From positions 37,398 through 101,397 of IMG/VR virus record IMGVR_UViG_2802428822_000002: a stretch of DNA of 64,000 nt; one strand, written 5' to 3'. The position numbers were made by a program, and so were the translations under genes. Below, in pieces: positions 10,164 to 16,929 of the stretch (the stretch's first letter is position 1; every line of letters begins with the position of its first letter). The stretch is from a virus. Lineage: Duplodnaviria > Caudoviricetes. Under the pieces are notes generated by a model, which saw nothing but the letters and a program-made list of their open reading frames with translations, had not been told where the DNA came from and made no database searches.

Positions 10164-10346
10164 TCAGTTCAGGAATTCACGCTTGCGGGCGATGGCCTTG
10201 CGGCGCTGATCGCGGCGCTTGCGGCCGTCTTCCGTTTTCGAGAACGGCGCGGCATGCTTGCCAGCGACTTCACGGCGCGGCTGAAAGAAGTCTTCGAGGT
10301 TAACCGAGAGACGGCGGATTGCTTCGGCGGAAAGCGGCTTGTTCAT
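10164..10346 (-). CDS. Small basic hypothetical protein
   Basis: SD GAGGAG; 60 aa. Confidence 0.55.
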   Translation of the reverse strand: MNKPLSAEAIRRLSVNLEDFFQPRREVAGKHAAPFSKTEDGRKRRDQRRKAIARKREFLN

Positions 10347-10391
10347 ATGTTCAAATCTCCTCTTGTTGCGCCTCAAGGGCGAGGGGTTGAC

Positions 10392-10562
10392 TTAGTAACC
10401 GTTGCCAGAGAGAAGGCGGACCTTTTCCTGAAACTCACGCGCCGCCAAAACCTTAACCAAGCCTTGAAGCTGGAAACGCAGGTTGGACTTGCGAAGAGGG
10501 TTTGCTTCGCGTTCGATTGCGGCTTTCAGAATGCGGACTTTCTTTTCCGTCTCGGTTGACAT
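10392..10562 (-). CDS. Small hypothetical protein (MSTETEKKVRILK...)
   Basis: Manual translation, 56 aa; SD GGAG and upstream hairpin. Confidence 0.6.
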   Translation of the reverse strand: MSTETEKKVRILKAAIEREANPLRKSNLRFQLQGLVKVLAAREFQEKVRLLSGNGY

Positions 10563-10646
10563 GGTTTGATCTCCGTTGCGGCCACCATTGGCCAGGACAC
10601 TAGCGCCCGGATATCGGCACGGCTGAGCGTGTCGATACGCAAGAGG

Positions 10647-10814
10647 CTAGGCTTTGCTTGCTGCAATCGAACGGTTGAGCTCTTGCAGATATTGCATGAT
10701 TGGAACGGCTTCATATTTCGCCGTGTCCACCCGCTCGACAAAGGCGCGGCTGAACGTCTCGAGGATGGCCGCTTTCGTTTCGCGGTCTCGGATAACCCAG
10801 CTAGCGGTCCGCAT
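10647..10814 (-). CDS. Small hypothetical protein (MRTASWVIRDRETK...)
   Basis: Manual translation, 55 aa; directly follows the upstream gene. Confidence 0.55.
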   Translation of the reverse strand: MRTASWVIRDRETKAAILETFSRAFVERVDTAKYEAVPIMQYLQELNRSIAASKA

Positions 10815-10816
10815 GG

Positions 10817-11035
10817 TTATTCGCCAGCAGCGGCGACCGTCACGGCGGGCGCGGTTTCCAGTTCACACACAAGCGGCGCGCCTGAAAGGTCGATAGTCAC
10901 GCCGGGAATGATTTCCGCCGCTTTGACGCCTTTGTGGATAGCCGTCTGGCAGTCGGAATAGCTCAAGTGCTGATCAAGCACGAATGTATGGATCTCGCCA
11001 TTGATTGCGAGGAACGCGAGGAATGCGAACGTCAT
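10817..11035 (-). CDS. Small hypothetical protein
   Basis: SD GGAGG and upstream hairpin. Confidence 0.6.
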   Translation of the reverse strand: MTFAFLAFLAINGEIHTFVLDQHLSYSDCQTAIHKGVKAAEIIPGVTIDLSGAPLVCELETAPAVTVAAAGE

Positions 11036-11151
11036 GGCCTTTCAACCTCCGATATGGTCACGATTGACCTGGCATTTCGAAAAGGGCGAACGCGCGCCCT
11101 TGCCGAAAAGTCAGTGTGTCGCTTAGAGCGTCCACCCCATGATTGACGCGG

Positions 11152-11433
11152 TTACTCCGTGACCGGACGAACGGCGAAACAGTGAATGAACGCGAGGCTT
11201 TCGCGATAGAGCCAGCGCGCGCCTTTGGCTTTCCAGATGGTTGCGCCCGGTGCGGTGCGGCGTTCGATGAGTTCGGCTTGCGCGGCGCGTCGACCATTGC
11301 GGCCAAGCGGTGCGGCGCTTCCGTCCGGTGCTGCTATTCCGATAATGTGCCCGGCTATGTCCTCGACGATCTGGCGAGCGCCAGTCCGGCGAGCTGCAGC
11401 GCGTGCGGCTTTCCAAGTAAGGCGAGCATTCAT
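11152..11433 (-). CDS. Hypothetical protein
   Basis: ATG at 11433 with SD GGAG and upstream hairpin. Confidence 0.6.
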   Translation of the reverse strand: MNARLTWKAARAAARRTGARQIVEDIAGHIIGIAAPDGSAAPLGRNGRRAAQAELIERRTAPGATIWKAKGARWLYRESLAFIHCFAVRPVTE

Positions 11434-11504
11434 TTCGATCTCCAATGTGTCACAGTTGACGGTCTGGCATTTCCATGTCCGCCGCGAGGGCGGACGCGGA
11501 AAGG

Positions 11505-11894
11505 TCACGCGGCTTTGAAAGCTTGGCTCATGATTGCATCTGCCGCGCATTTGGCGCGGTATGCGTCCATAACGGCAGCTGGCCATTTCCGCTTGTCTGA
11601 GTAGCGATCGATGCTTTGCGCATTCAGCTGCCGCTGGAAATGATCGTCCGCGATCTGCGCATTCTCGCATGCGCTGGCCTTGTCGGTTGCCGCGTGCCAG
11701 ATTGCGAACTTGTAGACGGCGGCGCGGTCGAATGTGCCTGAACCGGTCTTGAGATTGCGAAGGAAGATTGTTGCGCCCTTGCCAGCGCCTTGGATAGTCG
11801 CGAGGTAGGGAACGCCGACGCTCGCATATGATCCGTTAGGAACGCGGTCAAACACGATGATTGAACCGGACTCGGGAATATTGAGATTGCACAT
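11505..11894 (-). CDS. Hypothetical protein
   Basis: ATG at 11894 with SD GGAG and upstream hairpin. Confidence 0.6.
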   Translation of the reverse strand: MCNLNIPESGSIIVFDRVPNGSYASVGVPYLATIQGAGKGATIFLRNLKTGSGTFDRAAVYKFAIWHAATDKASACENAQIADDHFQRQLNAQSIDRYSDKRKWPAAVMDAYRAKCAADAIMSQAFKAA

Positions 11895-12156
11895 TGTCAG
11901 TCTCCAGTTGTGCCACGATTGGCGGTTTGGGAAACCGGCGAACAAGTCCGCCGGAAACCAAAGCCGTCATGCGGTTTCGGTTATTGTTGCCTCCGTTATT
12001 CCGTGCGCACGGTGGGCTAGCGCTATGATCGGTCCGCCATGGTGCGGGCGATATTTGTCAAAGAACTGAGGCAGCGCCTCGCATGCGGTATGTTTCGGAA
12101 TGCTGGCTTGTCAGGCTGGCATTTCGATAAGGGCGGCTAGCGCCCTTGCCGAAAGG

Positions 12157-12477
12157 TCAGAGAACAACGTTGACGCAAACCAGTTCGCGCCAGTCATCGG
12201 GATAAACAGCGCCCTTGAAGGCGTCCGGGCAGGTGTCGCCGATACCGACCACAAACACCTCGCCGCTGTTCGTAATGGCCTGAAGCTCGACATGCGGGTT
12301 GATCGAGAGGAGAGCGGCCATAGCGAGGGCGCCGCATGCTGCCATGCCGAAGAAGTCCGCCTTGATCGCTTCCCGGCGAGTGGCGCGGGCCTTGCCGCAA
12401 GAGACGTTGGCGTAAAAGCCAAAGGCCTTGACTGTCAGGATAGACATGCCGGACTTGGTACGGGTGAGCTTGAACAT
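12157..12477 (-). CDS. Hypothetical protein with one TM segment
   Basis: ATG at 12477, SD GGAG, upstream hairpin. Confidence 0.6.
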   Translation of the reverse strand: MFKLTRTKSGMSILTVKAFGFYANVSCGKARATRREAIKADFFGMAACGALAMAALLSINPHVELQAITNSGEVFVVGIGDTCPDAFKGAVYPDDWRELVCVNVVL

Positions 12478-12570
12478 TGTATCGGTCTCCGAGGGTGCCA
12501 CGATTGGCGGGTTGAAGCTGGCGACTGGATAGCGGCCCGTAGGCCGCCACCTAGGCGTCAGGGGCGGCCC

Positions 12571-12726
12571 TCAGGCCACCGCTACGATTTGACGACGGTA
12601 AGCACGTGCGGTTTGGCGATTGTATTCCGCCCGGTCAGCATCACCTTCGCTGTCGTACTTAGCGGCGCGGCGCTCATGGTAAGCCGCAAGGCGTTCGTTC
12701 TGTTCGTTGCGTTCGGTGGCGGTCAT
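12571..12726 (-). CDS. First gene of the leftward operon, 51 aa hypothetical protein
   Basis: ATG at 12726, SD GGAG, upstream hairpin, promoter immediately upstream. Confidence 0.65.
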   Translation of the reverse strand: MTATERNEQNERLAAYHERRAAKYDSEGDADRAEYNRQTARAYRRQIVAVA

Positions 12727-12764
12727 TGGGTCGGTCTCCGTTGCGATCACGATTGATCTGACTA

Positions 12765-12816
12765 CCAAGATAGACATTCGCATAAGCATGTCAACTATAA
12801 AAATGCGCATGAGAAT
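12765..12816 (-). promoter_or_regulatory. Leftward sigma70-type promoter with two 14-bp operator-like boxes
   Basis: TTGACA (complement of 12789-12794) and a TATCTT -10-like hexamer; boxes at 12803-12816 and 12776-12789. Confidence 0.7.
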
Positions 12817-13256
12817 ATTTTATTGGGAAGCGAGGATATCAGCACGCGCGCATGAGGGGCTGGCCTAAAGGAGGGGTGTCGCCCTGTACCATTGGCGTAC
12901 ACCTCGCGAGTCGGCTTGCCGGGATGTGTCACCCGCTGGCCAGGTGCGGACCGTGGGCGGATCGATAGTGGACCATGGCCGGCCAGCTGATCGGCGGACA
13001 ACAAGCACCATGCACGCGCCTATCTCTTTCACCCCTCCCCATTGCCGCGCCAGCGGGCGAGGGGAAGGGCAAGGCGTGCCGTCGCCACCATGCCAGCGCC
13101 GACCGTCTCGGCCACCCCTCGCCATGCGCTCATGTTCCCCTCACACAAAGACACACACAAGCGCACTGGCACGCGTCAGCCGTTGGCCGGTGTCGACGGC
13201 CACGCGGTGCCACCGTCGCGCCCCTCGGCCACGGTAGGCCGCGCCCTGATCGGATC

Positions 13257-13352
13257 GAGGGGTATGGGGTGGTTTCTTAAGAAAAACGGCCTTTTGGACC
13301 GCGACCGCGTTGGCAGTCGTTTTCCCGCGTTGGCAACAAACGAAAATTTTGA
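13257..13352. other. Possible cos / packaging-site region
   Basis: G-rich GAGGGGTATGGGGTGG followed by A/T tracts, repeated CCGCGTTGGCA and AAAATTTT, in an ORF-free gap next to HNH genes; resembles cos regions of HK97-like phages. Confidence 0.4.
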
Positions 13353-13470
13353 GCGCGTTTGTAAATGTGCCCGTTTTGTTCTATGTGATGAATAGATAAA
13401 ACGGCCCGAGAAGGCGCGCCAACGCCGGTCCCGGGCCTGACCAAACATAGAGCCTGTTGTGGAGGCGTGA

Positions 13471-14460
13471 ATGATGGCTGAAAGCCAACTTAGCTTATTG
13501 CAGCTTTTTGAAAAGAACGATCGTGCATCTAACGGTCTCTGTTTAGATTGTAGTGCGGCAACTCCGTTGAAGCCACCGAGTACAGTAATACACAAAAAGC
13601 GTTGTGACGAATGCGCTCGCAAATTTCGAAACCTTCGACGTGCAGAAAGGTTTCGGGAAGCCCGCTCAGGTGTGTCGATGGTAAAGCGCGGCGACATTGC
13701 TTCGAAGTTATGCGGTCGTTGCGGATGCGAATTTCGATATAAGGTCTTCAGCAGGCCACCGCGGTGGTGTGATCCCTGCCGGCCTTTGGCTGAATGCGAG
13801 GCTAAAAAGGCAGTTCGGGTTAGTTCAGATCCTGTCGATATGGCGCGAGCTGAGATCGCACGAAAAGCATCTGGCAGAGCGGATTCCTTGAAACGGAAGA
13901 AGAGAAGATCCGAATGGAGATGCCTAAAGTGCAACGATCCTGTTCCTGGTATACGAAAGAAATTCTGCTCTCCCACGTGTCAAAAGGCTTTCGAGGAGCA
14001 GCGACGGCACGAGAAAAGGCTTCAGAAGCGTGGTCTTGAACAGTGGCCGGAACTCGTTTGTGCCGAATGCGACCAAAGATTCGTAGCTCGTCCACACAGC
14101 AATCAGGATCGAAAGTTTTGCGGCCAGGACTGTGGTCATCGATGGCATCTCCGCGAGAAAACCAAACGCCGGCGTGCGAGGATGACAACGCTGGCAGTCG
14201 TAAATTTCACGGTGGATTCAATCCTCGAGCGCGACGGCTGGACATGCCAAGCGTGTTTCATCTCGACGCCTAAGTCAGTTCGCGGCACGAACGCGGCTAA
14301 CGAGCCTCACATGGATCACATCGTTCCATTGTCACGGGGTGGTGACCATGCTCCATCGAACTGCAGATGCTTATGCCGCAAGTGTAACCTAGACAAAGGT
14401 TCACTGACCGATCGGGAGTGGCAAGCCAAGAAACGAAAGCGAGAGAAGTTAGCCGCATGA
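13471..14460 (+). CDS. HNH endonuclease with multiple N-terminal Cys (zinc-binding) motifs
   Basis: Many CxxC pairs; ILERDGWTCQAC...HMDHIVPLSRGGDHAPSNCRCLCRKCNLDKG. Confidence 0.9.
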   Translation: MMAESQLSLLQLFEKNDRASNGLCLDCSAATPLKPPSTVIHKKRCDECARKFRNLRRAERFREARSGVSMVKRGDIASKLCGRCGCEFRYKVFSRPPRWCDPCRPLAECEAKKAVRVSSDPVDMARAEIARKASGRADSLKRKKRRSEWRCLKCNDPVPGIRKKFCSPTCQKAFEEQRRHEKRLQKRGLEQWPELVCAECDQRFVARPHSNQDRKFCGQDCGHRWHLREKTKRRRARMTTLAVVNFTVDSILERDGWTCQACFISTPKSVRGTNAANEPHMDHIVPLSRGGDHAPSNCRCLCRKCNLDKGSLTDREWQAKKRKREKLAA

Positions 14461-14861
14461 CAAAGAACGGACTACCGCCTCGATTTAAAATCGCGAAGCA
14501 GGCTCCGATGGCTGTTGCAGCTCAGAAAATAGCGAAAGTGGGGAGGTTCCGCGGTTCGCCGGCTGAGCGAGGATATGACGCCCGGTGGAACGCGATTAGC
14601 CTGCGTTTTAGACGTCTCAACCCTTTTTGCATGTGGTGCAGCCAGGAGGGGCGGGACACATTAACGGATCTCGTCGACCACATGATCCCCGTCCAGGATC
14701 GTCCTGATCTAATTCATGATTTCAAAAATTTATGGGCGCTCTGCACTTATCATCACGGCCGTAAATTCAGCCTCGAAGTCTATGCTCGGGACAACGGTCT
14801 GCTTCATAGGCTCCCGACCTGGTGCAAAGATCGGGATAGTCGGCCGCAGCAATTCAAATAA
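14457..14861 (+). CDS. Packaging-associated HNH endonuclease (HK97 gp74-like)
   Basis: RGYDARW...NPFCMWC...VDHMIP...NLWALCTYHH. Confidence 0.85.
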   Translation: MTKNGLPPRFKIAKQAPMAVAAQKIAKVGRFRGSPAERGYDARWNAISLRFRRLNPFCMWCSQEGRDTLTDLVDHMIPVQDRPDLIHDFKNLWALCTYHHGRKFSLEVYARDNGLLHRLPTWCKDRDSRPQQFK

Positions 14862-15081
14862 CTGTTTGTTGGTGGCTTCGGATATCAAATGTCTCTCGAT
14901 CTTCCTGCCAGTGCGCTAGGCCGTTGAGGTAATAGACGCCGAACCGTCCCAGATCGTGCATTCCCCAATGAAAGATAGACATCGGGCCGCCGTCGATCGT
15001 TACCTTGATAGTCGGCATCGCCGTTTCGTTTCCATCATGTTCTCCGTTGCCGCGTATATACACATCGTGCGTATATACAAT

Positions 15082-15405
15082 TCAATCCGAAAGGCTCGCA
15101 CTCTTGCGGAGTGCCGCGTTGATCCTAGACTGCCAACCTTCGCCCCCAGATTTGAAATGGTCGATGACTTCCTGGTCGAGGCGGATTGATATTGCCCTCT
15201 TCGGACGCTGTTTTGGTGCCTGGGCGGCCTCTTGGACTTTCTGTCGAGAGCCTTTGGCAGGGTCGATCAAACGCTTGCCGGCGCGCTTTGGCTTTTCCAG
15301 TTTCGTTTCGACCGCCCGCGTGCTTCGCGCGGACTTCAATTCCTCTGCGATTTCATGTGCCGACTTCAATCCACCTGACCGGCCGAGTTGTTGTGCAATC
15401 CCCAT
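15082..15405 (-). CDS. BrnA-family antitoxin / ribbon-helix-helix DNA-binding protein with no adjacent toxin
   Basis: KRAISIRLDQEVIDHFKSGGEGWQSRINAALRK; SD GGAGGAG. Confidence 0.85.
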   Translation of the reverse strand: MGIAQQLGRSGGLKSAHEIAEELKSARSTRAVETKLEKPKRAGKRLIDPAKGSRQKVQEAAQAPKQRPKRAISIRLDQEVIDHFKSGGEGWQSRINAALRKSASLSD

Positions 15406-15430
15406 GTTCTCCTCCACTTGGATAAATTAC

Positions 15431-15485
15431 ATTCTCATACGCATTTTATTATTGACATGCTCAGAAGAATTTGGCAATGATAGGC
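15431..15485 (+). promoter_or_regulatory. Rightward promoter with two 14-bp operator-like boxes
   Basis: TTGACA at 15452-15457, flanked by ATTCTCATACGCAT (15431-15444) and ATGCTCAGAAGAAT (15457-15470). Confidence 0.65.
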
Positions 15486-15489
15486 CATC

Positions 15490-16540
15490 CTGAGAGATCG
15501 GGACACGGTCGGTGACGGAGCGGTTCCTACGGTCACGGGATTAAGGCGCGGAACTCCGAAACGTTAGCCGCGGGCGTGCTTCAGCCATACCAAACGATAT
15601 TCGGGCTTGGCTAATTACCAAGTGTTTATCGGAGCCCCAGGCAGACAGGGTCACAAATAGCGGAAAGCCGGACTCTACGCCGGTATGCCCATGGTTCAGA
15701 TCCGGACGATCCGGCACGAGTCATGGGCGAGAAGGTTTCAGATCTCGTCCATACGCAAGACAGGGACGCGGCGGGATCATTGGGAAGGGCGAAGAGGCTA
15801 CGGGAAAGCTGTCTTGGAACCGTAGTTATCGACGTTCGACCGGGCGGAGAGCCTGGGGAGTGGGTGCAAGCCCCACATTTAGTCTCGCCCAACTGGGCAG
15901 TGATTGTGTGCCGAACGTGCGGAATGTTGAAGCCTCTGGTGGAGCAGCGCACGACAGGCCCACCCCGGCACTCCTACGGGAGGCGACACCGGGGCGCCAA
16001 CCGGACCGTCCACGATTGGGGGGGGTATTCCGGCAGACGCTAATAGGCCGGCGTGGTGTGGGTCAAATTTTGCCCGAGTGGGCATCCGAGGAGGGGGATC
16101 GGTCTTATCAGCCGATCGCGCCGGCAGGATTGATAACCTGGTGGCACCCCGCGAGAAGGGAAGGCGATACGGTAAGGTTCGTCCAGCTCAGGCTGAGTAG
16201 TTGCTCTCAGTATTCCCCAGTTCAAGGTGGGAGGCTTTCTGGTTGCTGTAACGCCTTGCCGCGGCGGGCATGGTTCGCCGAGTAGAGGAAACCAGCGCTC
16301 AATCCCGAGAGCGAGAAAGAATGGGAGGCGGGGAGTGCCGAAGATAGTTCCGCCTAAAGCTACAGTTCGGTCGCATGGTCCCGGCGTTACGGGCCAACGA
16401 ATTCGCCGAAAGGCAACGAGGTCTTGGCCCTGAACTGACAGGGTGAGTAATGGCAGAGCGGAGAGGTCTTCGATAAATCTTTTCTGCTGAGAAAGGGCGG
16501 CTGACCACTGTCCCAACGACGAAGTGTCGCTCGAAAGAGC
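15490..16540 (+). ncRNA. Long structured non-coding region (RNA array part 1)
   Basis: No credible ORF with an SD; dense hairpins with GNRA/UNCG loops and T-loop-like arms. Confidence 0.6.
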
Positions 16541-16544
16541 ATGT

Positions 16545-16606
16545 TGCAGGGTGGAGGCTCGCCAGGCTCATGGAGGCCGACGGTTCAAATCCGCCCCCTG
16601 CAACCA
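16545..16606 (+). pseudogene. tRNA-Met(CAT)-derived RNA lacking the D-loop and the 3' side of the anticodon arm
   Basis: Acceptor TGCAGGG/CCCTGCA + ACCA, T-arm with TTCAAAT loop, CCAGGCTCAT remnant. Confidence 0.7.
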
Positions 16607-16623
16607 AATTTGAAAGGACGGCA

Positions 16624-16926
16624 ATGGCGAAGAAGGGCGACTACCAGATCCCGTTTTCCTCGAAAGGTGATCAGCTTCACTACCCAGATTGGGGGCATGT
16701 GATGCTCGACAATTTCGAGTTCGAGGACACCTTGAAGTTCTCTACCATGGCGCGCGGTCGAAGCGCTGCCTACTTCTATTTCAAGCGATCGAACGGCGCG
16801 AAGGTTGTTGTCTTCATGAAAGACCTCTGCGAGATGATGCCTCACATCAACAAGGGAAAGATCACCGGGAAATTCACGTTCACCAAGCGTGGGCAGAATT
16901 ACGGCGCCATCTTCCTCGCCGCCTGA
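16624..16926 (+). CDS. Hypothetical protein embedded in the RNA array
   Basis: SD AAGGA; 100 aa with typical coding composition. Confidence 0.75.
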   Translation: MAKKGDYQIPFSSKGDQLHYPDWGHVMLDNFEFEDTLKFSTMARGRSAAYFYFKRSNGAKVVVFMKDLCEMMPHINKGKITGKFTFTKRGQNYGAIFLAA

Positions 16927-16929
16927 CTG

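Larger units (their letters stand above)
1143..12758 (-). repeat. Dispersed start-associated mini-hairpin (stem-CA-ANNG-TG-stem), 15 copies
   Basis: Copies start at 1143, 2448, 4413, 4836, 5364, 6055, 6418, 9210, 10124, 10580, 11056, 11449, 11912, 12497 and 12745, each a few nt upstream of a GGAG SD. Confidence 0.9.

Noticed and set aside
1143-12758. GTGCCACGATTGGC repeats as a CRISPR array
   Set aside because: Copies are short, irregularly spaced and separated by whole genes; no cas genes are present.
12830-13250. Coding potential of the GC-rich gap
   Set aside because: The overlapping low-complexity ORFs lack SDs; more likely terminal non-coding DNA.
14854-15063. BrnT toxin partner for the BrnA-like gene
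   Set aside because: The small ORF lacks recognisable BrnT motifs and lies downstream rather than upstream.
15960-16000. 16S rRNA gene fragment
   Set aside because: Only 15 nt match and the flanks are not rRNA; kept only as a possible mimic.
15626-16607. ORF-track proteins across the first non-coding block (e.g. 15723-16043, 15860-16285, 16040-16516)
   Set aside because: Arg/Pro/Gly-rich, no SD, mutually overlapping and no recognisable motifs.
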